The position numbers and the translations under genes are program-made. DNA of 64,000 bases from Alphaproteobacteria bacterium (lineage in GTDB: Bacteria > Pseudomonadota > Alphaproteobacteria > JAAXGF01), in assembly GCA_963555825.3 (NCBI GenBank), contig CAUVXB020000002.1, positions 1,824,001 through 1,888,000 on the forward strand, written 5' to 3'. Of the stretch, positions 10,233 to 20,632 are shown piece after piece. The notes under the pieces were generated by a model. That model saw nothing but the letters and a program-made list of their open reading frames with translations, was not told where the DNA came from and did no database searches. Each line of letters opens with the position of its first letter. Positions within the stretch are counted from its first letter, which is position 1.

Positions 10233-11042
10233 ATGACGCCATTGTTCCGATTCTTCACTTACGCCCTCGCCGGTTACGCCACGCTCGTCGGCATCATGTT
10301 CTTTGGCCAGCGGAAACTGATGTACCACGGCGGCGCGACCGTGCCGACGCCGGCCGAATACGGCGTCGCCGACATGCGACCGGTCGGCCTGAAAACCGCC
10401 GACGGCCTCGAACTGCTTGCCTGGTACCGCGCGCCGACCGACGAGGCGCTGCCGACCATCGTCTACTACCACGGCAACGCCGGCCACATCGGCCACCGCG
10501 CCGACAAGGCGCGGCCCTATCTCGACGCCGGCTTCGGCGTATTGCTGGTCGCCTACCGCGGCTACAGCGGCAACCCGGGCGAACCGAGCGAGGCGGGATT
10601 CTACCACGACGCGCGCGCCGCGCTCGGCTTCCTCGACGGCGAAGGCGTGCCGGCCGAGCGCATCGTCGTCTACGGCGAATCGCTGGGCAGCGGCGTCGCC
10701 GTCCAGATGGCGAGCGAGCGGCGCCTCGGCGCGGTCGTGCTCGAGGCGCCGTTCACCTCGATGGCCGACATCGGGGCCTTCCACTACTGGTACGTGCCGG
10801 CGCGCTATCTGGTGCGCGACCGCTTCGATTCGGTGGCCAAGATCAAGGACATCGGCGCGCCGCTCCTGGTCGTGCACGGCGAGCGCGACCGCGTCGTGCC
10901 GACCCGGTTCGGCCGCGCATTGTTCGACGCCGCGGTCGAGCCTAAGGAAAGTCTGTTCCCGGCACAGGCCGGTCACAACAATCTCTACGACCACGGCGCC
11001 GCCGAGGTCGTGATCGAATTTTTGAAACGACGTATTCCGTAG
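10233..11042 (+). CDS. Alpha/beta hydrolase, tandem paralogue of the upstream gene
   Basis: YHGNAG, GESLG, HGERD, GHNN. Confidence 0.9.
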   Translation: MTPLFRFFTYALAGYATLVGIMFFGQRKLMYHGGATVPTPAEYGVADMRPVGLKTADGLELLAWYRAPTDEALPTIVYYHGNAGHIGHRADKARPYLDAGFGVLLVAYRGYSGNPGEPSEAGFYHDARAALGFLDGEGVPAERIVVYGESLGSGVAVQMASERRLGAVVLEAPFTSMADIGAFHYWYVPARYLVRDRFDSVAKIKDIGAPLLVVHGERDRVVPTRFGRALFDAAVEPKESLFPAQAGHNNLYDHGAAEVVIEFLKRRIP

Positions 11043-12682
11043 ACGTTATTTTGTGCGGTCACCTTTACAAGGTGACCTGCGCTCAATCGCCGCGCTTGCT
11101 TCCGCCGAACGGTCGGCGGCCCGCGGTCGCGGGCTGGTAGAATTCGACCGATCCCAGCCGGTATGCCTACGCTCTCACTTGGTATGTCGCGCCGCCACTC
11201 GCCTGCCACGACGGCGGCGTAATCGGACGGTTGGTAGGGGAAGACCAGCTCCTTGAGCGGCGCGAACACGCCGCGCTTGCGCCACGGGCTGGCACCGAAG
11301 TCGCGCAGCAGCTCGTCGTGGTAGTGCTGCATATGGGCGATGATGCGGGCGCCGCGCGCCGGGCTGAACGGCATCCACGCCCGTTTCCAGGCTTTCATCT
11401 CGTCGATATCGCGGCCCATGGTGTCGTCGGTCGGCGCTTCGAGGCGGCCGCCGAGCAGCTCGGCGAGCCAGCGGGCCTGCAGGCTGTACGTGAGGATGCT
11501 CGAGATCGTCGCGGCCCGGCCGATGAAGACCAGGCCGGGGACGGCCGGCTGCAGCATGTGGCGATAGAGGTAGAAGCCGTCGTCCTCGGCGCCGAAGCGG
11601 CGCCAAACGTCGGCGGCGAGGAAGCCGAAGTCGGCGGTCCAGCCGGTCGCCAGCACCATGACGTCGATGTCGACCGTCGTGCCGTCGCCGAGCCTGAGCC
11701 CGGTCGGCGTATAGGCCTCGACCGTGGTGTGGTGCAGCTCGATGACGCCGCGCCGCGCCAGGCGGTAAAAATCGGGCCTAGGCAGCATGGTCGATTCGCC
11801 GAAAGCGTCGATCTCGATCGGTGTGTCGGGCACCAGACTGACCCGCATGCCGAAACGCGAGCCGAGTCGGAATTGGAAATAGATCAGCGTCTCGACGAGC
11901 CGCCAATAAAACCAGGCGAGCGGTCGGCCCAGCCCGTGGACCATGCGCTCGACCGGGGTGGCCTGCTGATAGGGCGGGATGAGCGCGCTGGTCAAGCGGT
12001 TGAGCAAGCCCCACTTGAACGGCAGGATGCCGGCGAGCCGGGGCGGCAGCGACCAGTGCGGCTCGCGGATGACACTGTGGGTCTCGGCGGCGACGGCGGC
12101 CGATTCGAACGCCGCGTCGGTGGCGCTCTTGCCGTAGCCGAGCACCGCGACGCGGCGGCCACGCAGTTGATCGCGCGAGTGCAGCCCCGAGATATGCATG
12201 ATCTCGCCGCCGAAGTCGTCCTGGCCGGGGAATTGCGGCATGTTCGGCAGATGCGAGAACAGCCCGATGCAGACGACGACCAGATCGAAGTCGTCGCGGC
12301 CTTGCTCGCCGCCGCGGCGCCAGGCGATCGTCCAGCCCGTACCCGGCCCGCCGCGCTCGGCGATCTCGGTCACCTCGGTGTCGAAGCGGATGCGCGGGGT
12401 GACGCCGAAGTGGGCGGCGAAGTCATCGAGGTACTTCTGGATGATCGGGCCCGGCGTGAAATCGGGCGTGCCCTCGGGCAGCGGCCAATCGGGAACCTCG
12501 TAGAGCTCACTCTGGACCTGCAGCCCGAAGTTGGAATAACCGTCCCGCCAAACGCCGCCCAACACGTCCGCGCGCTCGAACAGCGTGCAGTCGAGGCCCT
12601 CGGCGATCAGCGTGCGCGCGGTCACCAGCCCCGCCATCCCTGCGCCGACGATGCCGACCGTCTTGACCGCCGTCCAGTCCAT
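10985..12682 (-). CDS. Flavin-containing monooxygenase (FMO-like)
   Basis: GAGMAG FAD motif, GGVW, F.GEIMH, GYGKSA NAD(P) motif, LATG; C-terminus runs through a repeat. Confidence 0.85.
   Translation of the reverse strand: MDWTAVKTVGIVGAGMAGLVTARTLIAEGLDCTLFERADVLGGVWRDGYSNFGLQVQSELYEVPDWPLPEGTPDFTPGPIIQKYLDDFAAHFGVTPRIRFDTEVTEIAERGGPGTGWTIAWRRGGEQGRDDFDLVVVCIGLFSHLPNMPQFPGQDDFGGEIMHISGLHSRDQLRGRRVAVLGYGKSATDAAFESAAVAAETHSVIREPHWSLPPRLAGILPFKWGLLNRLTSALIPPYQQATPVERMVHGLGRPLAWFYWRLVETLIYFQFRLGSRFGMRVSLVPDTPIEIDAFGESTMLPRPDFYRLARRGVIELHHTTVEAYTPTGLRLGDGTTVDIDVMVLATGWTADFGFLAADVWRRFGAEDDGFYLYRHMLQPAVPGLVFIGRAATISSILTYSLQARWLAELLGGRLEAPTDDTMGRDIDEMKAWKRAWMPFSPARGARIIAHMQHYHDELLRDFGASPWRKRGVFAPLKELVFPYQPSDYAAVVAGEWRRDIPSESVGIPAGIGRILPARDRGPPTVRRKQARRLSAGHLVKVTAQNNVYGIRRFKNSITTSAAPWS
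11052..11152 (+). repeat. Structured intergenic repeat family, copy 2
   Basis: TGTGCGGTC...TGCGCTCAATCGCCGCGC...CCGAACGGTCGGCGGC...CTGG. Confidence 0.85.
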
Positions 12683-12918
12683 CACCGGCCCGCCTTGAAG
12701 ACCAGCCAGAACGCGGCGCCGATCAGCCACAGCACCAGCATGTAGCCGCCGAACAAGAGCCAGAGGCCGAGCGTCCAGAGCGCGTAGTAGCCTGCCCGCG
12801 CGTGGCTCGGCGCGGCATCGGCCGGACCCTCGGCCATGATCAGGCGAAAGACATAAAGCGCGTGAAGCAGGCCGAAGACAACGCCGACGAGCGTTCCCGC
12901 CCAAAGCACCGCCGTCAT
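12682..12918 (-). CDS. Small membrane protein
   Basis: 78 aa with 2-3 TM segments; stop overlaps the FMO start. Confidence 0.65.
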   Translation of the reverse strand: MTAVLWAGTLVGVVFGLLHALYVFRLIMAEGPADAAPSHARAGYYALWTLGLWLLFGGYMLVLWLIGAAFWLVFKAGR

Positions 12919-13008
12919 GGTTCATTCCCCCCGAAATGCACCCACAACCCGTGATCCGGCGTTCTGCCGCGCCGGTTTCGCTTATTTTTCAGATATTTGC
13001 GAGTGCTG

Positions 13009-15453
13009 TCAACGCTTCACCCGTTCCATCTTCGGGTCGTAGAGCGGGCGCGGCTGGAAGGTGCAGGGCACGCGCCGGGTCGCGACCTCGAGCTGGTAGG
13101 CGCCCGAGGCGAGATAGTCCGCGTCGACGCCGCCGCCGTTGCGCACATAGCCGTAGCCGATGTTCTTCTCGACCGTATAGCCCCAGCCGCCGCTGGTCAG
13201 CCAGCCGACCCGCTGACCGCCGCGGTAGATCGTCTCGCGGCCCAACAAAATGACGTCCGGGTCATCGACGGTGAAGCAGGCGAGCCGCTTGGTGAGCGGC
13301 GCCTCGGCTTGGCGGCTAAGCGCCTCGCGGCCGAGGAAGGCGTGGTTGGTCTTGAGCTTGACCGCCCAGCCCAAGCCGGCCTCGAACGGCGTGAAGTCGG
13401 GCCCGATATCGGCGCCCCAGGCGCGGTAGCCCTTCTCGAGCCGCAGGCTCTCGATCGCGCGGTAGCCGGCGTTGACGATGCCGTGCGCGGCGCCCGCCGC
13501 CATCAGCGCGTCGTAGACCGCGGGCGTGGCCGCGACCGGTATGTGCAGCTCCCAGCCCAGTTCGCCGACATAGGTGATGCGCAATGCGCGGACCGCCGTC
13601 CCGCCGATCGTCAGCTCGCGCCAACGCGCGAATGGGAAGGCATCGTTGTCGAGCGCGGCGTCCGTGACCGCGGCGAGCACGTCGCGCGCACGCGGTCCCA
13701 TCAGCGACAGCACGGCGTACTCGGCGGTGACGTCGGTCAGCCGCGCGTCGAGACCGGCCGGGATGTTGCCAGCGATCCAGGCGTAGTCGTGGGTCGCGAA
13801 GCCGGTGCCGGTGACGATGTAATAGGCATCCTCGGCGATGCGCGCCACCGTCAGGTCGCATTCGATGCCGCCCCGGCGGCTGCACATCTGGCTGTAGATG
13901 ACGGTGCCCGGCGGCTTGGCGACGTCGTTGGCGCAGATCCAACTCAGCGCCGCCTCGGCGTCGGCGCCGGTGAGGGCGAATTTGGCGAACGAGCTGGCGT
14001 CGAACAGCGCGACCCGCTCGCGCGTCGCGCGGTGCTCGGCGCCGACGGGATCGAACCAGTTCTGGCGGCCGAACGAATAGTCGTCCTGCGCCTCGACACC
14101 TGCCGGCGCAAACCAATTGGGCCGCTCCCAGCCGAGTTTCGAGCCGAAGCAGGCGCCCTGGTCCCCCAGGCGGTCGTAGAGCGGCGAGACGCGCAGCGGC
14201 CGGCCGCTGGCGTGCTCCTCGTGGGGCCAGGCGACGGTGTAGTGCTTGCCGTAAAGCTCGAGCGTGCGTTCGCGCACCCAGGCCTTATCGGCGTGCAGCG
14301 CGGCGAAACGGCGGATGTCGACGACCCAGAGGTCCATCGGCGGCTCGCCGCCGGCGACCCATTCGGCGAGCGCCTTGCCGGCGCCACCGCCGGCGGCGAT
14401 GCCGAAGGCGTTGAAGCCGGCGCCGACGAAGAAGCCGGCGACCTCGGGCGCCTCGCCGAGGATGAAGTTGCCGTCCGGCGTGAAGCTCTCTGGACCGTTG
14501 ATCATCTGCTTGACGCCGGCCTCGGCCAGCGCGGGCACGCGCTCCAGCGCCTGTTCCATCAACGGCTCGAAATGGTCGAGGTCGGAATCCAGCAGCGAGA
14601 AGTGGAAACCCTCGGGGATGCCGTCGACCGCCCAGGGGATCGGGTTGGGCTCGTAGCCGCCCATGACCAGCCCGCCGACGTCTTCCTTGAAGTAGATCAA
14701 CCGGTCGGGGTCGCGCAGCGTCGGCAGGTCGGCCGTGACGCCGGCGATCGGCTCGGTGATCAGATATTGATGCTGGACCGAGGTCAGCGGCACCGTGACG
14801 CCGGCCAGTGCGCCGACCTCGCGCGCCCACTGGCCGGCGCAGTTGACGACCACCTCGCAAGCGATCTCGCCCTGCGCCGTCGAGACGCCCGTGACGCGGC
14901 CGCCGGTGACGTGGATGGCGCCGACCGGGCAGTCCTCGACGATGCGCACGCCGCCGGCGCGCGCGCCCTTGGCGAGCGCCTGGGTGAGGTCGGACGGGTT
15001 GGCCTGGCCGTCGGTCGGCAGGAACGCCGCGCCGACCAGATCGCCGATCTCCATCAGCGGCCACAGCGCCTGCGCGTCGCCGGGCGTCAACAGTTCCATC
15101 TCGAGGCCGAAGCTGCGCGCCGTCGTCGCCTGGCGCTCGATCTCGGTCATGCGCTCGGCGTTGCAGGCGAGGCGCAGGCCGCCGTTGCGCTTCCAGCCGG
15201 TCGCCAGCCCGGTCTCGGCCTCGAGCCGGTGGTAGAGCTCGACCGAGTATTTCAGGAGCTGGGTGATGTTGGCCGAACCGCGCAGCTGGCCGACCAGCCC
15301 GGCGGCGTGGAAGGTCGAACCCGAGGTCAGCTTGGCGCGCTCCAAGACGACGATGTCGCGCCAGCCCTCCTTGGCCAGATGGTAGGCGGTCGAACAGCCG
15401 ACGATGCCGCCGCCGATGATGACCGCGCGGGCCTGGCTCGGAAACGCCGGCAT
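13009..15453 (-). CDS. GcvT-family FAD oxidoreductase (dimethylglycine/sarcosine dehydrogenase-like)
   Basis: GGGIVG, GSTFHAAG, NGPESFTPDG, ITYVGELGWEL, SLRLEKGY. Confidence 0.92.
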   Translation of the reverse strand: MPAFPSQARAVIIGGGIVGCSTAYHLAKEGWRDIVVLERAKLTSGSTFHAAGLVGQLRGSANITQLLKYSVELYHRLEAETGLATGWKRNGGLRLACNAERMTEIERQATTARSFGLEMELLTPGDAQALWPLMEIGDLVGAAFLPTDGQANPSDLTQALAKGARAGGVRIVEDCPVGAIHVTGGRVTGVSTAQGEIACEVVVNCAGQWAREVGALAGVTVPLTSVQHQYLITEPIAGVTADLPTLRDPDRLIYFKEDVGGLVMGGYEPNPIPWAVDGIPEGFHFSLLDSDLDHFEPLMEQALERVPALAEAGVKQMINGPESFTPDGNFILGEAPEVAGFFVGAGFNAFGIAAGGGAGKALAEWVAGGEPPMDLWVVDIRRFAALHADKAWVRERTLELYGKHYTVAWPHEEHASGRPLRVSPLYDRLGDQGACFGSKLGWERPNWFAPAGVEAQDDYSFGRQNWFDPVGAEHRATRERVALFDASSFAKFALTGADAEAALSWICANDVAKPPGTVIYSQMCSRRGGIECDLTVARIAEDAYYIVTGTGFATHDYAWIAGNIPAGLDARLTDVTAEYAVLSLMGPRARDVLAAVTDAALDNDAFPFARWRELTIGGTAVRALRITYVGELGWELHIPVAATPAVYDALMAAGAAHGIVNAGYRAIESLRLEKGYRAWGADIGPDFTPFEAGLGWAVKLKTNHAFLGREALSRQAEAPLTKRLACFTVDDPDVILLGRETIYRGGQRVGWLTSGGWGYTVEKNIGYGYVRNGGGVDADYLASGAYQLEVATRRVPCTFQPRPLYDPKMERVKR

Positions 15454-15456
15454 GAC

Positions 15457-16341
15457 CTAGCGCGCCTCCCTGAACTCGGCATAGGCGCGTTCGAAGCGCG
15501 CCAGGTTCTCGGCGGTGTAGGCGAGGTAGTCGAAGTCGATGTCGAGGTGGATCTCGGAAACCATGCTCCACATCGATTCGCGCAGTAGCGAGGCGCATTT
15601 CATGGCTTTCAGCTTCATGCGTATCTCGTCGTTCGCCGGGGCCTCGAAATAGGCTTCCAGCAGGCCATCTTCTTGCGTCTGGCTGAACTGGTTGTTGGAG
15701 GCCAGGTTGGCGAGGTCGAACAGCGGCGTGTTCAACCCGGCATAGTCCCAGTCGATGAGCCACAGACGCTCGCCGTCGTCCATGAAATTGGCGGGCAGCA
15801 GGTCGTTGTGGCCGAAGACCATGCGCACCGCCCCGAGCGCCGCTTCGAGCTCGGCGTTGATCGCGAGGTAGCGCGGCACCTCGCCCAGCATGCGACTATT
15901 CCCTTCACGCAGGCTGACGGCGTAGCCGCGCACCACCTGGAACACCCAAAACGCCAGCAGCGGACCCTGGTAGTGCTTGGGAATCTCGTCGTGGACGCGG
16001 CGGATCAGCGGCACGATGCGGCCCTCGCCCAGGGCCGCGCGCACCTCGGCGTCGCCATACGTCGCGCCGTCGATGAAGCGCAGCACCAGGGCGCCGGGCT
16101 CGGCATGCACCACCTCGGGCGAGACGCCGGCGGCAAAGGCCGCGCGGCTCGCCGCCAGCTCGTTGAAGCGCATGATGCCGTGGACCGGGATGTCGTCCGC
16201 GACGCGCACCACGAAGCGCTCGCCCCGGTCGGCGACCACGAAGTTGAGGTTGGTGATGCCGCCGGTCAGCGGCTCGGGCTCGACCGGGCCCGACCAGAAA
16301 CTCAAACCGGCGGCCTTGGCGGTGGCGGCTTCGGCGCTCAT
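15457..16341 (-). CDS. Choline/ethanolamine kinase-like phosphotransferase
   Basis: GGITNLN, HNDLLPAN, LIDWDYAG. Confidence 0.88.
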   Translation of the reverse strand: MSAEAATAKAAGLSFWSGPVEPEPLTGGITNLNFVVADRGERFVVRVADDIPVHGIMRFNELAASRAAFAAGVSPEVVHAEPGALVLRFIDGATYGDAEVRAALGEGRIVPLIRRVHDEIPKHYQGPLLAFWVFQVVRGYAVSLREGNSRMLGEVPRYLAINAELEAALGAVRMVFGHNDLLPANFMDDGERLWLIDWDYAGLNTPLFDLANLASNNQFSQTQEDGLLEAYFEAPANDEIRMKLKAMKCASLLRESMWSMVSEIHLDIDFDYLAYTAENLARFERAYAEFREAR

Positions 16342-16350
16342 GAAGCTCTC

Positions 16351-18360
16351 CTACTCAAGGCCCAGCTCGCGTTTCTTGCGGCGGCTCCAGGCCGAGATCA
16401 GCCGGTCGGAGATCATCGCGATGAAGGCGACGCAGGCGCCGGCCACCAGGCCGCGCCCGGTATCCGCCTTGGTCAGCGCGATATAGACCTCCTGGCCCAG
16501 GTCGCGGGTGCCGACCAGCGCCGTGATGACCAGCATGGAGAGGCCGAACATGATGGTCTGGTTGACGCCCAGCATGATCTCGGGCAGCGCGAGGCGCAGC
16601 TCGACCTTCCACAGCCGCTGCCAGCGGTTGCAGCCGGCCGCGGTCGCCGCCTCGATGATCGACGGCGGCACCTGGCGGATGCCGTGGTCGGTGTAGCGGA
16701 TCGCCGGCACCAGCGAATACATCACGACCGCGATCATCGCCGAGAAGTCGCCAACCCGGAACAGCATGACGACCGGGATCAGGTAGACGAAGGCGGGCAG
16801 CGTCTGCAGCGTGTCGATGGCCACCTGGACGACGCGGTGAACGCGTTCGTTGCTCGCCGCCCAAATCCCGATCGGCATGCCGATCAGCGAGGCGAAGGCG
16901 ACCGAGATGCCGACCAGATAGGTCGAGATCATTGCCTTTTCCCAGTTGCCGGTGACGACGATGAAGGTCGCCAAGCCGGCGACCAGCGCGGCCAGCCGCG
17001 CACCGCCGAGCTGCCAGCCGGCGAGCGCGAGCATGCAGATCACCGCCGGCCACGGTATCGCCAGCAGGAAGCGCTTGAACGGGATCAGGACGTTGAGCAG
17101 CAGGAACGTCTTCACCGCCTCGAGCTGGTCGAAGAAGTTGATGTTGATCCATTTGACCAGCGCGTCCCAGAACGGCCCGGTGGTCAACGACCAGGCCTCG
17201 GGGAACGACTGGATCGGCGGCACGACGATGCCGAGCGCCGTGGTGACGGCGATGATCGCGGCCGCCGCGGCGAGGTGCGGGTGGCGCTTGAGGAAGCCCG
17301 CCGCCGGGTCGCGGCGCTCGGGCGGCGGCTTGGCGGCGAACGCCTGGCTGAGCCGGTCGAGCGCGATGGCCAGCAGCGTGATCGCGATGCCCGCCTCGAG
17401 GCCGTCGCCGATCGCCAACCGGCGGAGCGAGGTCAGTACGTCGTGGCCCAACCCGCCAGCGCCGATCATCGAGGCGATGATCACCATGTTGAGCGACAGC
17501 ATGATGACCTGGTTGACGCCGACCATCAGGGTCGGGCGCGCCGAGGGGATCATCACCTTCCACAACAGCTGGCGCCGCGAACAGCCCGCCATGTGGCCGA
17601 ACTCGACGATCTCGGCGGCGACCAGCTTGAGCGCCAGCATGGTACAGCGCACCATCGGCGGCATCGCGTAGATGATCGTCGCGGTCATCGCCGCGACCGG
17701 GCCGAAGCCGAACAGGAACAGCACCGGCACCAGATAGGCGAATACCGGCACGGTCTGCATGAGGTCGAGCACAGGCGTGATGATCGCCTCGGTGCGCGCG
17801 CTGCGCGCGCCCCAGATGCCGACCAGCAGGCCGCCCAATACGCCGAGCGGCACGGCGACGACGATCGACGACAGCGTCACCATCGCGCTGTCCCACTGGC
17901 CGAACACGGCGAGATAGAGGAAGCACAGTCCGACCAGCAGCGCGAGCCACTTGTCGCGCGCGTGGGCGCCAAGCATCGCGACGACCGCGACGACGGCGAT
18001 CCACGACAGCCGCGGCAGGCGGTAGACGACGTCCTCGTCGGCGCCGAAGACGAGCTTGAATCCCGAGGCGAGCAGGCCATCGGCCGCCTCGAGCGGCCAG
18101 GTCAAAAGCCATGCGATCGAACGCGTCAGCTCCTTGAAGGTGAACAGGCCGAGATCGGCGCTGTTGATAAGCCATTTCATGAAACCGCTGATCCAAACGC
18201 GCAGCGGCACGACCCAGTCGCGCGGGTACTTCGCCGCCCAGGGCAGGTACTCGACCGCGGCGTAGAGCGCGACGGTGAGCAGCAGCGCGATCGCCCAGGC
18301 GATCGCCCAGCGGCTGGGCCGCGCGAATGGCGCGCGGGCGGTCTGGCTCGCCAGGCTCAC
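16351..18360 (-). CDS. ProW-type ABC permease with two fused permease domains
   Basis: Duplicated QT.P.F.YL.P and GVNQ.IM motifs. Confidence 0.9.
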   Translation of the reverse strand: MSLASQTARAPFARPSRWAIAWAIALLLTVALYAAVEYLPWAAKYPRDWVVPLRVWISGFMKWLINSADLGLFTFKELTRSIAWLLTWPLEAADGLLASGFKLVFGADEDVVYRLPRLSWIAVVAVVAMLGAHARDKWLALLVGLCFLYLAVFGQWDSAMVTLSSIVVAVPLGVLGGLLVGIWGARSARTEAIITPVLDLMQTVPVFAYLVPVLFLFGFGPVAAMTATIIYAMPPMVRCTMLALKLVAAEIVEFGHMAGCSRRQLLWKVMIPSARPTLMVGVNQVIMLSLNMVIIASMIGAGGLGHDVLTSLRRLAIGDGLEAGIAITLLAIALDRLSQAFAAKPPPERRDPAAGFLKRHPHLAAAAAIIAVTTALGIVVPPIQSFPEAWSLTTGPFWDALVKWININFFDQLEAVKTFLLLNVLIPFKRFLLAIPWPAVICMLALAGWQLGGARLAALVAGLATFIVVTGNWEKAMISTYLVGISVAFASLIGMPIGIWAASNERVHRVVQVAIDTLQTLPAFVYLIPVVMLFRVGDFSAMIAVVMYSLVPAIRYTDHGIRQVPPSIIEAATAAGCNRWQRLWKVELRLALPEIMLGVNQTIMFGLSMLVITALVGTRDLGQEVYIALTKADTGRGLVAGACVAFIAMISDRLISAWSRRKKRELGLE

Positions 18361-19451
18361 TTGCCGTCCTCGGCGCCGTCGTCGGCGGTCCTGCGCACCA
18401 GCACGTCGAGCACCGCCTCGCGGGTCAGCTGGCCGATCACCTTGCCGTCGCCGTCGGTCACCGCTACGGGGCGGTCCTGGTCGACGACGCGCGCGGCGAG
18501 GTCCTCGATCTTGGTCGCCGCCGCGACGCTGCCGGCGAAGTCGGCGCCGGGCGCGGCGGGCGCCATCACCGAGCGCGCCGACAGCACCTTGGCGCGCGGG
18601 ATCTCACGAGTGAACTCGGCGACGTAGTCGGTCGCCGGATCGGTCACCAGGTCCTCGGGTGTGCCGATCTGGATGATCGCGCCATCCTTCATGATGGCGA
18701 TGCGGTCGGCGAGGCGAATCGCCTCGTCGAAATCATGGGTGATGAACACGATGGTCTTGTGCAGGACGCCCTGGAGGCGCAGGAACTCGTCCTGCATCTC
18801 GCGCCGGATCAGCGGATCGAGCGCCGAGAACGGCTCGTCCAAGAGCCATATCTCGGGCTCGACGGCGAGCGAACGCGCGATGCCGACACGCTGCTGCTGG
18901 CCGCCCGAGAGCTCGCGCGGGTAATAGGCCTCGCGGCCGGCCAGACCGACCAGCTCGATGACCTCGCGGGCGCGCGCCTCGCGCGTCGCGCGGTCGACCC
19001 CCTGGACCTCGAGCGGAAAGGCGACGTTGCCGAGCACGCTGAGGTGCGGCAGCAGGGCGAAGTGCTGGAACACCATGCCCATCTTGTGGCGGCGGATTTC
19101 GATCAGCGCCTTGGCGGACGCCTTCAGCAGGTCCTCGCCCTCGAAGACGACCGCGCCGGCGGTCGGCTCGATGAGCCGGGACATGCAGCGCACCAGCGTC
19201 GACTTGCCCGAGCCCGACAGCCCCATGATGACGAAGATCTCGCCGTCGCCGACGGCGAAGCTCGCGTCACGCACCGCGCCGATCAGGCCGGCCTCGTCGA
19301 GCGCCGCGTCGCTCGGCGCGTGATCGTGCGCCGCGAGGAAACGCTCGGCGCCCGTGCCGAACAGCTTCCAGACGCCGCGGCAGGTGATCTTGGCGTCGGG
19401 CGGCGATGCGCCGTTCTGCCCCGCCGCCGGTGTCGGCCCGGTTGCCGCCAT
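18357..19451 (-). CDS. ProV-type ABC ATP-binding protein
   Basis: GLSGSGKST, LSGGQQQR, DEPFSALDPLIR. Confidence 0.92.
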   Translation of the reverse strand: MAATGPTPAAGQNGASPPDAKITCRGVWKLFGTGAERFLAAHDHAPSDAALDEAGLIGAVRDASFAVGDGEIFVIMGLSGSGKSTLVRCMSRLIEPTAGAVVFEGEDLLKASAKALIEIRRHKMGMVFQHFALLPHLSVLGNVAFPLEVQGVDRATREARAREVIELVGLAGREAYYPRELSGGQQQRVGIARSLAVEPEIWLLDEPFSALDPLIRREMQDEFLRLQGVLHKTIVFITHDFDEAIRLADRIAIMKDGAIIQIGTPEDLVTDPATDYVAEFTREIPRAKVLSARSVMAPAAPGADFAGSVAAATKIEDLAARVVDQDRPVAVTDGDGKVIGQLTREAVLDVLVRRTADDGAEDGK

Positions 19452-19531
19452 TTCTCTCACTCTCGCCTAAAGCGAAGCGCGCCGCAGGACCATTGCGGGT
19501 CCGGCGGCGCAGGATCGGAAGACGCGCCCGC

Positions 19532-20497
19532 CTAGCCGGCGCAGGCGCCCCACTTCCGCCAGGTTCCCTCGTTGGTCTTGATCCAGCCCTCGACGGCGTC
19601 GTCGACCGACTTGCCGTCGAGATCGACCTCGACGATCAAGGCGCCCATCGTGTCGTTGTCGATGTGGAAGTTGCGCACCGCCTGATAGGCGCAGGCCCAC
19701 TTCGCCTCGCCCGCCTTCCAGCCGACCTTCTTGATCCAGCCGAACGGCTTGCCGCAGTCGTACTGCATGTCGCCGTTGGAACCCCAACTCGGGTCGTCGT
19801 AGCAGGCGTCGGTGTATTCGGGGAACTCGACCCACTCGCCCTTGAACTTGAACGGCGCCCAATGCGGCGCGTAGACCCAGCCGAGGAACGGCGCCTCGCG
19901 CTCATAGGCCGACTGCAGTTCGGCGAACAACGCAGCGTCGGTGCCGGCGTGGACGACCTCGAAGTCGAGGCCGAGCGCCTCGGCGCGCTCGTCGTCGAAG
20001 CCGGCCCAGGTCACCGGACCGCCGAGATAGCGGCCCTTGGGGTGTGTCTCGGGCGTCGAGAACGCCTCGGCGCAGTCGTTGAGCGCCTTCCAGTCGGGCA
20101 GACCGGGGCATTTCTCTTTCATGTAGATCGGGTACCACCACTCTTCCTTGGCATCCATGCCGGTCTCGCCGAGATCGACGGTGTTGCCGGTGGCGAGGCT
20201 TTCGTCCATGGCCTGCTTGCCGGTCGTCTCCCACATCTCCATGGCGATGTGCAGATCGCCCGACTCGAGGCCGGCGAACTGAGCGATATAGTCGGCCTGC
20301 TGGTACTTGATGTTGTAGCCGAGCTCCTCGAGCACGCGGCCCATGATATGGGTCGTGATGTACTGGCCGGTCCAGTCGTGGATTGTGAGGATGATCGGAT
20401 CTTTCGATTCCGGGACGCCGGCGAGCGCCGGCGTCGAGAACGCGACGGTCAGCGCCATGGCCCCCGCCGCGGTTGCGGTCGCGAATTCCTTGAGCAT
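19532..20497 (-). CDS. Betaine/TMAO-type ABC substrate-binding protein (TmoX-related)
   Basis: Signal peptide; EEWWYP..CPGLPDWKALNDCA, YDCG.P motifs resembling TmoX-like binding proteins. Confidence 0.85.
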   Translation of the reverse strand: MLKEFATATAAGAMALTVAFSTPALAGVPESKDPIILTIHDWTGQYITTHIMGRVLEELGYNIKYQQADYIAQFAGLESGDLHIAMEMWETTGKQAMDESLATGNTVDLGETGMDAKEEWWYPIYMKEKCPGLPDWKALNDCAEAFSTPETHPKGRYLGGPVTWAGFDDERAEALGLDFEVVHAGTDAALFAELQSAYEREAPFLGWVYAPHWAPFKFKGEWVEFPEYTDACYDDPSWGSNGDMQYDCGKPFGWIKKVGWKAGEAKWACAYQAVRNFHIDNDTMGALIVEVDLDGKSVDDAVEGWIKTNEGTWRKWGACAG

Positions 20498-20632
20498 GAA
20501 GGGTCCTCCCAATGACCTGCTGATGCCGGAACCGAAAGGTTCACGGCCGTTTGGACGGGCCAATTTTTCGGCCCATGCCGATGCCGGTCATCAAAACCAG
20601 TTTGACCCGAAGATTCAAGCAAATTGTCATGT

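Noticed and set aside
12997-18627. Very long antisense ORFs (863 and 984 aa), and similar ones opposite acnA and other genes
   Set aside because: Shadow frames of real genes in high-GC DNA; no recognisable motifs.
19479-19510. Hairpin between the binding-protein and ATPase genes
   Set aside because: Typical mRNA-stabilising stem in ABC operons.
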